Of a DNA stretch of 56,115 nucleotides, positions 46,699 through 56,115 are shown piece by piece. The stretch's first letter is position 1; every line of letters begins with the position of its first letter. Position numbers and translations under genes: made by a program. Source of the stretch: Calditrichia bacterium (GTDB lineage: Bacteria > Calditrichota > Calditrichia > RBG-13-44-9 > J075); contig JBOEGD010000035.1 of the NCBI GenBank assembly GCA_050633245.1, positions 1 to 56,115 of the forward strand. Direction: 5' to 3'. The notes beneath the pieces were generated by a model that did not search any database, was not told where the DNA came from, and saw only the letters and a program-made list of their open reading frames with translations.

Positions 46699-48120
46699 TT
46701 ATACAACCGTAAAAAAGGAATCCAGCGCAACCGGAGAATTCTTCAAGTGGAAATCACCACTGGCGGGATCTTCTTCGTAATCACCTTTCCACTCGCGCTT
46801 GACAATCGTTCGAAGCACATCAATAAACCGATCAATCTCTTCCGTTGTATTATAAATACCAAAGCTCGCTCGAACTGCACCGGGCAAATCAATCTTGTTT
46901 TTGGTAAATATTTTTTCTTCCATGGCCTTCGCTTCCGCGTCGGAGCACTGCAATAAATGCTTCATATATGGCTGGGCACAAAAACAGCCGTTGCGCACGC
47001 CGATGCCACCTTCCCAATTCAATATGGCTGCCGTTAGCGCATTCGGGACGCCACGTACATTGAAAGAGATTACGCCCATTCGGTGTTCAACATCATCGGG
47101 ATCGTCTCCACCGTAAATCGTAATTTCAGGGAACTCCTTGAGCTTGTTAAGCACATAGTTTGTGAGATGCGCTTCGTGCGCAGCCACTTTATCCATGCCC
47201 AACTCATCCATTACCTGTAGCGCCTTAGCCAGTGCAACAATTCCGGCGGTATTTGGGCTACCAGCTTCTTCCTTCTCAGGAGCATCTGCCCAATAGGTGT
47301 AATCCAGCGAAACCACGCTAACTGTTCCGCCGCCAACTGTGGCAGGAATGTTTTCCTCGAAGGCTTTTTTCGGTCCAATTAAAACGCCCGCACCAAGAGG
47401 TGCATAAATCTTATGAGCGGAAAATGCGAGGAAGTCAATATGTCTCGGGTCATCATGTGGCAACATATCAATCTTGCGATGAGGAATCATTTGCGCGGCG
47501 TCGACCATAATTTTCACGCCGTATTTATGACACATCTCGGCCATCGTGTGTATGTCGTTAACCCAGCCACTTACATTTGAGGCGCCGCTTACTGCAAAAA
47601 GAGCTACGCGGTCGTTATAGTATTCCAGCTTCTTTTTTAGATCCGTTAAATCCATTTTCCCTGAATCATCCAGCTCAACGTGCACAACTTTACCGCCATA
47701 TCGCCATGGCAAATCGTTGGAATGGTGCTCCATCTTGCTGACAAGAATAACTTTATCACGCTGTATATTCAGACAGTGAGCAAGAATATTAATAGCCTCA
47801 GTGGCATTCTTGCCGAAAATAATAACGTCTTCTTCCGGACAGGCATTAACAAAGTTCGCAACAATATCCCGCGATTCTTCATGAGCTCGGGAGGCAACCT
47901 GCGACTTAAACCCACTTCCTCGATGCACGCTGCTATACCAACTCATAAACTCGTTTACCTTGTCCAGAACCGGCTGTAGTATTGGCGTGCTGGCACCATT
48001 ATCAAAGAAGATGTATGGAACCATCGTACCATTGTAAAGCGGTACCTGCTTGTCTATGCCAACAATTTGTTCGCGTACATTTTCGATTGTAAGTTTGGTA
48101 TCGATAGTGGTTGAAGCCAT
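46699..48120 (-). CDS. Class V PLP aminotransferase, cysteine desulfurase (SufS-like)
   Basis: FDNGAST, MEHHSNDLPW, DAAQ, FSAHKIYAP, EAGSPN, RNGCFCA, VRASFG. Confidence 0.9.
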   Translation of the reverse strand: MASTTIDTKLTIENVREQIVGIDKQVPLYNGTMVPYIFFDNGASTPILQPVLDKVNEFMSWYSSVHRGSGFKSQVASRAHEESRDIVANFVNACPEEDVIIFGKNATEAINILAHCLNIQRDKVILVSKMEHHSNDLPWRYGGKVVHVELDDSGKMDLTDLKKKLEYYNDRVALFAVSGASNVSGWVNDIHTMAEMCHKYGVKIMVDAAQMIPHRKIDMLPHDDPRHIDFLAFSAHKIYAPLGAGVLIGPKKAFEENIPATVGGGTVSVVSLDYTYWADAPEKEEAGSPNTAGIVALAKALQVMDELGMDKVAAHEAHLTNYVLNKLKEFPEITIYGGDDPDDVEHRMGVISFNVRGVPNALTAAILNWEGGIGVRNGCFCAQPYMKHLLQCSDAEAKAMEEKIFTKNKIDLPGAVRASFGIYNTTEEIDRFIDVLRTIVKREWKGDYEEDPASGDFHLKNSPVALDSFFTVV

Positions 48121-48294
48121 TGGTTAACCTCCTGCATTATGGCGTTCGTTAGGGCATTTGTTACGATAACATCCCGTCTTTATCAGGCGTGACCGGTTTG
48201 ATCATGCGGGACATGGGAAGATATAAAATATTGCTGCAATTTCAGCGGGAAAATAAAAATAGCGTGAGTCGTGAGATCAAAAAATTCCTACTCT

Positions 48295-48375
48295 TTACAA
48301 GCGGCGGAGCCGCGACCTACTCACTACCAGCGAACACAGTGAGCGCCCTCCCCCTACGGAGGAGCCGCGACCTAC
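48295..48375 (+). repeat. REP-like CTAC/GTAG hairpin units, cluster C (3 units)
   Basis: TTACAA-GCGGCGGAGCCGC-GACCTAC TCA CTACCA-GCGAACACAGTGAGC-GCCCTC ... CTACGGAGGAGCCGCGACCTAC. Confidence 0.78.
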
Positions 48376-48388
48376 CCCCAAAACGACC

Positions 48389-49372
48389 TTACATATTAAC
48401 CGTCGTAAAAATGATAAAGCATAGGTAGAAGATCAGAAGTGCCATTCCCTCAACACGCTGAATATTCCAGCGCCAGCGCATCATTGGCCAAATGATGAGG
48501 CTAAGAGATGCCAGCAGGGCAAACTCTATAGAAATGGCTACGCCATCGCTCAGAGCCGGCAGTGGACTAATAATTGCGGCCGCGCCACCAACCAGAGTAA
48601 GATTAAAAATATTGCTTCCGATAACGTTTCCAACTGCCAAATCCACTTCCTTGCGAAGTGCACTGACAATTGTAGTTGCCAATTCGGGCAAGGACGTTCC
48701 AAAAGCAATCAGCGTGAGGCCAATAGTCGATTCCGCAACACCAAGAGTTCGCGCCAACTTCGTAGCAGAATCTACCGTAATCTGCGAACCAATAAGTAAG
48801 ATAACCGTGCCAACAAGAGACATGCCCAGGTATTTCCAGCGTTGCACCCTGTCGGGGGCATCGATTGTTTCGCCAGCCCGCTCACGCAGCTCAAGCAATT
48901 CCTGAAATTCATTCATCTCACGCAGCGTATATTTTGCCAGATAAAGCACGAATACAATAAGTAGCGCAATCAGTACAACACCTTCAATTTGGCTGATTTG
49001 AGAATCACCATAAGCCATCGCAATGAATATTGCCGTTACAATAATCATAAACGGCACCTCACGACGAACCCAATTTGCCTTTATCTCCAATGGGAATATA
49101 ATTGCGCCCACGCCGAGGATTAGTCCGATATTGGCAATATTACTACCAATAATATTGCCAATCGAGATGCCGGGCTTTTCCTGAAAGGCTGCCATTGTAC
49201 TCACCAGCAGTTCCGGGAATGACGTCCCCAGCGACACCACGGTAAGACCGATAATAAGTGGACTAATTCCCATAGACTGCGCAAGCAGCGAAGCGTATTT
49301 AACCATATACTCTGCGCCACCCCATAAAAGGAAAAGCCCAAAAGCAAGGATTAGAAAGTCGAAGATAGGCAT
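48389..49372 (-). CDS. Calcium/sodium antiporter (YrbG/CaCA family)
   Basis: Two alpha repeats: GTSFPEL...GNIIGSNIAN and GTSLPEL...GNVIGSNIFN. Confidence 0.93.
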   Translation of the reverse strand: MPIFDFLILAFGLFLLWGGAEYMVKYASLLAQSMGISPLIIGLTVVSLGTSFPELLVSTMAAFQEKPGISIGNIIGSNIANIGLILGVGAIIFPLEIKANWVRREVPFMIIVTAIFIAMAYGDSQISQIEGVVLIALLIVFVLYLAKYTLREMNEFQELLELRERAGETIDAPDRVQRWKYLGMSLVGTVILLIGSQITVDSATKLARTLGVAESTIGLTLIAFGTSLPELATTIVSALRKEVDLAVGNVIGSNIFNLTLVGGAAAIISPLPALSDGVAISIEFALLASLSLIIWPMMRWRWNIQRVEGMALLIFYLCFIIFTTVNM

Positions 49373-49404
49373 GGAATTTATTCCTGGTTCAAATTACAAC
49401 GTAT

Positions 49405-50166
49405 TTAGATTTGGAAAACATCCGACACGGTTTGTTGCGCAATTACTTCATATAAACCATCGTGTTCACTGCCCAAAACGCTGCGCATGGTTTTCATAAC
49501 ATGATCAGGAGTATTGTTTTCATCACTTAAATGTCCCAAGATCACGTGTTTCAATCTCGGTGTCACGCATTCACGCAGTAATTCTGCTGCAGCTTGATTG
49601 GAGAGATGCCCTCTGCTGCCAGAGATACGTTCTTTTAGCTGCCATGGATAGGGACCACTCGCTAACATTCCCTCATCATAATTACTTTCAAGCAGCAACA
49701 TGTTCGCTTGAAGCACAGCATCCTTTACCCGCCTTGAAGCATATCCCAGGTCGGTACATTGAACCAAGACAGAGCGAGGCCCTTTTACGATATACCCAAA
49801 CGTCGGCTCGCAATCATGCGATACCTCAAAGGGCTCGAACTCAACATCCTTAACGGTAAAACTACTCATTACAGGGTTTATTGTTTGATGCGGTCGAATT
49901 TGGGAAGTCAATTGATCGAGCGTATCCGGATGAGCATAGATCGGAACGTTATGACGGCGGGAAAACACGCCGACACCTCGAACGTGATCCTGGTGAGAGT
50001 GCGAAACCAGAATGGCGTCAATTGAGTCAGGATCAATATCACGCGAATTGAGACGATCGGCAATTTTCTTGGCAGACAAACCGACATCAATCAGAAAGCG
50101 ACCTTGGTGAGTTTCAATATAGAGGGAGTTCCCCTTGCTGCCACTGGCAAGAACACAATATTTCAT
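49405..50166 (-). CDS. MBL-fold metallo-hydrolase (YycJ/WalJ-like)
   Basis: LASGSKGN, SHSHQDH, SHD, TDLG, ESNYD, GHLSN, GHLSDENN. Confidence 0.92.
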   Translation of the reverse strand: MKYCVLASGSKGNSLYIETHQGRFLIDVGLSAKKIADRLNSRDIDPDSIDAILVSHSHQDHVRGVGVFSRRHNVPIYAHPDTLDQLTSQIRPHQTINPVMSSFTVKDVEFEPFEVSHDCEPTFGYIVKGPRSVLVQCTDLGYASRRVKDAVLQANMLLLESNYDEGMLASGPYPWQLKERISGSRGHLSNQAAAELLRECVTPRLKHVILGHLSDENNTPDHVMKTMRSVLGSEHDGLYEVIAQQTVSDVFQI

Positions 50167-50272
50167 TCAATTTTCCTTTGGAAAAACTTTAGGGACGCAT
50201 ATGAAAAAGAACATCTTACCGATAGCGAACAATTATCCTACCGATATATTTGCCAAGGGGTGGTGGGCAAAC

Positions 50273-51118
50273 TTAATTTTGACCCAACATATCAGGGTTT
50301 TTATGAATACTAACCAGCATGTTTATCTGGTCGCGGAGCTGTTTGGTACGGGCTCGTGCAGCTTCAGCAAAATCCCGTTCGGATGAGGCATATAAAATAG
50401 TTCTACTTGAGTTGATTAGAGCAGAACGTCCGTGCTTATCCGTTCCACATTTTATAACCATCTCAAGATTCCCTCCCTGAGCACCGATTCCCGGTATGAG
50501 AAAGGGCAGATCGGGAGCAGATTCACGAATTTCCTGAATCTCGCTGGTATGCGTTCCGCCTACAACAAGTCCGCAATTACCAAACAGAAAATTCCATCCT
50601 AATGCCTTCTGCGAAACCGAAAGATAAAGAGGTTCGCCCTCATCATTTTTAATAAACTGAAAATCTGAGGAGCCTTTGTTTGAAGTCAAACAGAGTACAA
50701 ACACGCCCTTATCTTCATACTCAAGAAAAGGCGTAACCGAGTCCATTCCCATATAGGGCGCAACGGTAATGGCATCACATTCATACGTTTTGAAATAGGT
50801 TTCGGCATACTTTCGGGCTGTATTTTCGATATCAGCACGTTTGGCATCAGCAATAATAATCGCATCGCGAGGAATTGCAGCAAGTGTACGCTCAAGAAGT
50901 TCCCAGCCGGGAATGCCAAGTGCCTCATAAAACGCTATATTCAATTTATATGCAGCGGCGTAATCTTTTGTCGCTTCGATAATCTCTTTATTGAACTTAT
51001 ATAGCGGATCTGATTCAGACTGTAGACACGGAGGAATATGTTGTATGTCGGAATCCAGTCCAACGCAAACCATCGATCGTTTAATCTGGATATGCTGATT
51101 TAAATTATCATTAAACAT
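50273..51118 (-). CDS. pyrF: Orotidine-5'-phosphate decarboxylase
   Basis: CVGLD, YKLNIAFYE, DAKRADI, LTSN, LIPGIGAQGG, NSSR; start moved to MFNDN. Confidence 0.93.
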   Translation of the reverse strand: MFNDNLNQHIQIKRSMVCVGLDSDIQHIPPCLQSESDPLYKFNKEIIEATKDYAAAYKLNIAFYEALGIPGWELLERTLAAIPRDAIIIADAKRADIENTARKYAETYFKTYECDAITVAPYMGMDSVTPFLEYEDKGVFVLCLTSNKGSSDFQFIKNDEGEPLYLSVSQKALGWNFLFGNCGLVVGGTHTSEIQEIRESAPDLPFLIPGIGAQGGNLEMVIKCGTDKHGRSALINSSRTILYASSERDFAEAARARTKQLRDQINMLVSIHKNPDMLGQN

Positions 51119-51398
51119 AACAATCCCGCTGTTTTTGCATTTCGTGGCGAAATATACATTGCCAGCCCCCGCTTTCAAATAGAAAAGTATTCCATAAAAC
51201 CCATTTTATAGAACAACTTCACTACCTATTGGGAAGTTTTTTCCAATTCGGTAATATGGATTAATGGCAATCGCACACGGCATTAGTATCGTAAAGAACA
51301 ATTTGTGGTTATAGTATCGTCACGCCCGCGTATTTTTTTAGATCTGCGGGTTCTCAATCCACGCTAAAATCGTTTCTTTTGAGGGATAGGAGAATATT

Positions 51399-53960
51399 TT
51401 GAGAAATCAACCAGCGCCAGTATGGGCAAAAGTCGTTAGTCAACTCTGTTCAACTCTGTTGCTATGCATGCTTCTGGCAGGATGTGAACAGCAATTAGAA
51501 GAATCGCCACAACCGAATGATTGGTTTATTAACCAACGAGCCTATCCCCAGGGAGAAATTGATCTTCAGGTTCATCTAACAGGTATGGCACAGGCCAGCT
51601 ATTTACGAAGCCAGCAGAGCCTGTCTCAACAAACTTGGCAGCAAGCAGGTCCTACCAATATCGGGGGGCGAATTACTGATATCGAAATGGATCCCACCAA
51701 TACCGATGTACTATTTGCCGGCACGGCAACCGGTGGCGTCTGGAAATCAATAGATAGCGGCGTCAGTTGGAATCCGATTTTTGACGACCAAATCAGCCTT
51801 TCAATTGGAGATCTGGCAATCTCCGCTTCAAATCCACAGATCATCTATGTGGGAACCGGTGAGGTCAATGGCGGTGGTGGGTCTATCACCTATGGTGGAA
51901 CCGGAGTTTATAAATCCAGCAATGGCGGAACCAGCTGGACAAATGTTGGATTGGAAGAAACTCGTTTTATCGGCCGCGTTGTGATTGACCCGCAAAATTC
52001 CGATCGCGTTTTTGTCGCGGCAATGGGAAAATTGTTCAGTACCAATCCCGAACGCGGACTCTTTCGTTCTCTTGATGGCGGCACCAGCTGGACAAATGTC
52101 TTAAGCATTTCAGACTCAACCGGCTGCGTTGATGTCGTTATTCATCCAACTCAACCAGATACTGTATATGCCGTGGCCTGGCAACGAACCCGTACGCCTG
52201 AGCAGCGAACATATGGTGGTGATGAGTGCGGCATATATCGCTCAGTTGATGGTGGCGATACCTGGCAGGAAATCACACATGGTCTTCCAACCGGTCCAAA
52301 CGTTGGCCGCATCGGTATTGCAATCTCTCAATCAAGTCCGCAAACACTCTACAGTATTTACGCTGATCGCGTCGGATTTTTTGCAGGTATCTATCGCACT
52401 GATGACAATGGCGACTCATGGATGCGTACACAAGATGGCAATCTGAATTCCATGTATTCCTCATTTGGCTGGTGGTTTGGTAATATTCGCGTCGATCCAA
52501 ACGACCCTGACATCGCTTTTGCATTAGGTCTTAACGTATATCGAACGATTGACGGTGGTCAGTCGTGGATCTTTCGCTCTGGCAATATGCATGTCGATCA
52601 ACACGGCATGGCCATACATCCACAAAACTCTTCCTTTATTGTCGCTGGTAATGATGGCGGTATTTATCGTTCTGCAAACGGCAGTGATAGCTGGATTAAG
52701 GTGAACGACTTGCCTATTACACAGTTCTATACCAGTGAGATCGACAATCAGGCACCGACCCGCCTCTATGGTGGCACACAAGACAATGGCACTATTCGCA
52801 CCTTCAACGGCACACCAAATACCTGGAGCCGAATTTATGGCGGTGATGGCTTTTTTGTTCGCGTCGATCCATCAAACAACACGTATGTCTATGCAGAGAG
52901 CCAATATGGTGGCTTGGGCCGCTCTACCAATGGCGGTAGTTCATTTTTATCAGGGCGTAATGGCATTCCATCCGGAAGCAACCGCAATAATTGGAGTTCT
53001 CCTCTGGTTCTCGACCCGCAATACCCTGAAGTGCTGTATTTCGGAACACAACGCGTCTATCGCAGTAGTAATCGCGCGGCGAGTTGGACCCCCGTTAGCG
53101 AAGATTTGTCGAATGGTTCATCCAGCGGTAATCTGGTGTTTGGTACGTTGACTGCACTGGAAGTCTCTCCGGTAGATTCCTCTGTTATTTGGGCAGGAAC
53201 GGATGACGGCAATGTGTGGATAAAACGATCGGGAGCAGACTGGACACTTGTTTCTCAGAATTTACCTCAGCGCTGGATAACCCGCGTTACTGCCGGCCGG
53301 AACAATCCGGGCATCGCTTATGCAACATTGTCCGGCTATCGCGTTGATGAGTATCTGCCTCATATATTTCGAACGGAAGACTATGGTCAAAACTGGATCG
53401 ATATTTCCGGCAACTTACCCGAGGTTCCGCTAAACGATGTGCTGATCGATCCGCAAAATGACTCGACGCTTTACGTGGCTAGCGACGCCGGTGTATATTC
53501 CAGCACCAATCTTGGGTTATCCTGGCAGGCATTTGGCGATGGCATACCGCTGGTTCCGGTAACAGATCTAACCTTGCATGATGAAACACTGACGCTGGTC
53601 GCTGCAACATTTGGTCGGTCGATGTTCAAAATTCAGCTCGATCGCAACACCGGGATTGATGGAACGGATACTGAAGCGGCCTCAACTTTTACTCTTGAAC
53701 AAAATTATCCCAATCCATTTAACCCCTCAACAACAATCGCCTATTCGCTTTCTGAGCCTTCAGAACATCAAATTGAAATTTTTAACATTTCCGGGCAGAA
53801 AATTCGTACATTGTTTCATGGAATGAAGTCTGCCGGATCTCATCACGAGCAGTGGGATGGTCGTAACAGCGTCGGCAGTCTTGCCCCTTCCGGGATCTAT
53901 ATCTATCGAATTAGAAGCAAAACGTTCATCGCTGCAAAGCAGATGACCTTGCTTAAATAA
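51399..53960 (+). CDS. VPS10/BNR-repeat secreted protein with T9SS/FlgD-Ig-type C-terminal domain
   Basis: GPTNIGGRI, SxDGGxSW repeats, HVDQH, GGTQDNG, ATFGRS; NYPNPFNP...WDGRN..G...PSGIYIY; LLAGC lipobox; TTG start. Confidence 0.88.
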   Translation: MRNQPAPVWAKVVSQLCSTLLLCMLLAGCEQQLEESPQPNDWFINQRAYPQGEIDLQVHLTGMAQASYLRSQQSLSQQTWQQAGPTNIGGRITDIEMDPTNTDVLFAGTATGGVWKSIDSGVSWNPIFDDQISLSIGDLAISASNPQIIYVGTGEVNGGGGSITYGGTGVYKSSNGGTSWTNVGLEETRFIGRVVIDPQNSDRVFVAAMGKLFSTNPERGLFRSLDGGTSWTNVLSISDSTGCVDVVIHPTQPDTVYAVAWQRTRTPEQRTYGGDECGIYRSVDGGDTWQEITHGLPTGPNVGRIGIAISQSSPQTLYSIYADRVGFFAGIYRTDDNGDSWMRTQDGNLNSMYSSFGWWFGNIRVDPNDPDIAFALGLNVYRTIDGGQSWIFRSGNMHVDQHGMAIHPQNSSFIVAGNDGGIYRSANGSDSWIKVNDLPITQFYTSEIDNQAPTRLYGGTQDNGTIRTFNGTPNTWSRIYGGDGFFVRVDPSNNTYVYAESQYGGLGRSTNGGSSFLSGRNGIPSGSNRNNWSSPLVLDPQYPEVLYFGTQRVYRSSNRAASWTPVSEDLSNGSSSGNLVFGTLTALEVSPVDSSVIWAGTDDGNVWIKRSGADWTLVSQNLPQRWITRVTAGRNNPGIAYATLSGYRVDEYLPHIFRTEDYGQNWIDISGNLPEVPLNDVLIDPQNDSTLYVASDAGVYSSTNLGLSWQAFGDGIPLVPVTDLTLHDETLTLVAATFGRSMFKIQLDRNTGIDGTDTEAASTFTLEQNYPNPFNPSTTIAYSLSEPSEHQIEIFNISGQKIRTLFHGMKSAGSHHEQWDGRNSVGSLAPSGIYIYRIRSKTFIAAKQMTLLK

Positions 53961-54160
53961 GTATGCTAATTTAACGCAGGACACATTTTTCTTGCGGAAA
54001 TATTCGTATACATTGTCATAAATATCTTTATTTAAGGATATACCAGCTTGATTTGTCTTTTCAACCCGGAGAGAATTTCGACACTTTAGGCATCTATACA
54101 ATAGATAAACGATTAACTATTTGACTGCACATATCGCTATAAAATTGGAGTATTGTTGCT

Positions 54161-55360
54161 ATGCTGGCCAAGATTATTGTTACCAAAACCACAGATCCGA
54201 AGTACCGTCAGGAGCGCGAGTTTGATCAGGAAATCATTACGATCGGACGCGAACCTTCAAACGCCATTTTTTTGGAAGATCCGGCCAAAATTATCTCGCG
54301 GCAGCACGCGCAGCTAAAGCGTGATAGTGATAAGTTTATCTTAATTGATGCCGGTAGTCGCAACTCCACGATCGTTAACAACAAATCGCTGGAGCCAAAT
54401 GACACCTGCGATTTGTCTGATGGAGATCGTATTAAGGTAGGCGACTATATTATAGAGTATTCCGCAATTGCTGCAGCCAGCGATCAGACGGTTATTTATG
54501 TAAACCCCTTCCGTGAGCAGGCCAATCACATCGCTCGCCTGATGAAAGAGATTCAGGAAAAATATGATGGCGAAAACGAAGCAATACGCAAAGACACGCT
54601 ACAGCAGGCGCTAAAGGAAGCTTTTCTTTTAAATGGTGTTGAAAATGCCAGTATCAATAAGGCCTTTGCAGAAGAGCTTGTACCGGCCAGTGACGATGAG
54701 CCAGCCGCTCCACCAAAACCTGCTGAAGCTGCTGCCGCCCCGGTAGCATTTTCCGGTGACAACAGCATGATCTCTGAAATCGGGGTCGATGTTGGTCTTA
54801 TGGGACGCGTAAATCAGAATTTGGAATTGTTAATGGACGGTATGATTACGCTGTTCAAAAAAGCAGTTGAATTTCGCGATCAATTTGTAGGCATCGCCAT
54901 GGTGGAAACACAAACACCGCTCAATACCGCTACACCGGATCAGCTAAAAGAATTTTTATTCAGCGATAGAATAAGTGAAGAAGAAGCTCAAAAGCGTTTT
55001 CGCGTTATCAAGCGTCAAGTTGATGATATCGTGCTGCATCAAACGGCTCAGGTGAACGGCTACCGTGCATTGATAGACAAAGGTGTGCCAAATCTTCTGC
55101 AATATTTGAATCCGGAAAATCTGGAAAAGCATTTCGCCAAGCAGAAAGTCAGCTTCGGTCTGTTTAGCGTGCCCATGAGTATGGTGCCATTTATGGTGAA
55201 GTCCAAAGCGATGAACACTTATCGTCAGATGATTCAGGAATTGCTGGATGAAGGGCGAGTCGCCTATGAACGTCGTATTTTCCGCCCGTCATTTGTTGAT
55301 GCCTATATGAAAACGCTGGCAGATAGCGACCCGGCATATTCCGAAATGCTACAGCTATAA
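54161..55360 (+). CDS. FHA-domain protein with TagH/T6SS-Fha-like C-terminal domain
   Basis: FHA motifs IGRE, ISRQHA, SRNST, L.DGD.I.VG; C-terminal DIVLHQTA...LNPENLEK...FRPSFVDAY. Confidence 0.75.
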   Translation: MLAKIIVTKTTDPKYRQEREFDQEIITIGREPSNAIFLEDPAKIISRQHAQLKRDSDKFILIDAGSRNSTIVNNKSLEPNDTCDLSDGDRIKVGDYIIEYSAIAAASDQTVIYVNPFREQANHIARLMKEIQEKYDGENEAIRKDTLQQALKEAFLLNGVENASINKAFAEELVPASDDEPAAPPKPAEAAAAPVAFSGDNSMISEIGVDVGLMGRVNQNLELLMDGMITLFKKAVEFRDQFVGIAMVETQTPLNTATPDQLKEFLFSDRISEEEAQKRFRVIKRQVDDIVLHQTAQVNGYRALIDKGVPNLLQYLNPENLEKHFAKQKVSFGLFSVPMSMVPFMVKSKAMNTYRQMIQELLDEGRVAYERRIFRPSFVDAYMKTLADSDPAYSEMLQL

Positions 55361-55372
55361 GAAAGATGCTGG

Positions 55373-56083
55373 ATGGAATTTCTTTTTCTTGGTATCATTT
55401 GGTATGCCGTATTTTTATTGTCCGCAACGGTGCATGAGGCAGCTCATGCACTTGCTGCTTTAAAGCTCGGTGACAAAACGGCATATCACGGCGGACAGGT
55501 AACACTCGATCCTGTTCCCCACGTAAAGCGAGAGGTGATTGGCACGATTATCGTTCCTATCATCTCTTTTCTCGTTACACGAGGCGGCTGGATGTTAGGC
55601 TGGGCCAGCGCACCATACGATCCTGCCTGGGCCTACAATTTCCCCAAACGCGCCGCATTAATGGCTTTGGCCGGGCCCCTCTCAAATCTTTTACTCATGT
55701 TTCTTGCTGCCGCTGGAATTCATCTCGGCATTTACCTCGACTATTTTTACCCCCCAAATCAAATTCAACTCACCAACATCGTCATGGCACACGATGCCGG
55801 CTTACCAACCATGATGGCAATGATTCTTTCCATTTCATTTATTCTGAACCTACTGCTATTCCTATTCAACCTGCTTCCCTTTCCACCACTCGACGGCAGC
55901 TCGCTTTTCCCGCTATTTATGCCAAAAGAAAAAGCCTTACCGCTTATGGAATTTTTGCGTCAGCCGCTAATAACCGGTATCGGACTCATTATCGCCTGGG
56001 TACTTTTTGCCGAGATCTTTACACCGATTCATACCTGGGCCTTAAACATGCTCTATTTTATGTATCCGGGAACGTATCAGTAA
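55373..56083 (+). CDS. Site-2 protease (M50) family membrane metalloprotease
   Basis: HEAAH, LGDKTA, ALAGPLSN, FNLLPFPPLDG. Confidence 0.92.
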   Translation: MEFLFLGIIWYAVFLLSATVHEAAHALAALKLGDKTAYHGGQVTLDPVPHVKREVIGTIIVPIISFLVTRGGWMLGWASAPYDPAWAYNFPKRAALMALAGPLSNLLLMFLAAAGIHLGIYLDYFYPPNQIQLTNIVMAHDAGLPTMMAMILSISFILNLLLFLFNLLPFPPLDGSSLFPLFMPKEKALPLMEFLRQPLITGIGLIIAWVLFAEIFTPIHTWALNMLYFMYPGTYQ

Positions 56084-56086
56084 CAT

Positions 56087-56115
56087 TGATGAATTATGAG
56101 TTATGAGTTATGAGT
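56087..56115. repeat. Heptamer tandem repeat (TTATGAG)n running off the window end
   Basis: TGATGAA TTATGAG TTATGAG TTATGAG T. Confidence 0.85.

Overview
Chromosomal window from a diderm bacterium, inferred to be FCB-group (Calditrichota/KSB1/Ignavibacteria-like). The basis is three secreted proteins with YPNPFNP-type C-terminal sorting domains, a short RpoD-like sigma factor lacking region 1.1, and GGAG Shine-Dalgarno sites. It contains about 45 CDSs: housekeeping genes (rpoD-like, moeB, nadC, pyrF, SufS-like desulfurase, sppA, RNA methyltransferases), secreted hydrolases, an OmpR/HAMP-kinase pair and tRNA-Val(TAC). I saw no CRISPR array, transposase, integrase or prophage gene. Most notable: (1) a dispersed REP-like family in which constant CTAC flanks frame interchangeable mini-hairpins with GNA/ACA triloops and tandem GA pairs; (2) a second palindrome family always arranged as palindrome plus an extra arm; (3) three ECF sigma modules with recognisable promoters, including an ECF/anti-sigma/three exported HEAT-repeat protein operon and a SigZ-like sigma paired with an ArsO-like flavoprotein; (4) a 12-Cys uncharacterised protein abutting a cysteine desulfurase; (5) an SppA with a long beta-rich N-terminal domain; (6) an orphan TagH-like FHA protein. 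All family calls come from motif recognition by eye, not database searches.
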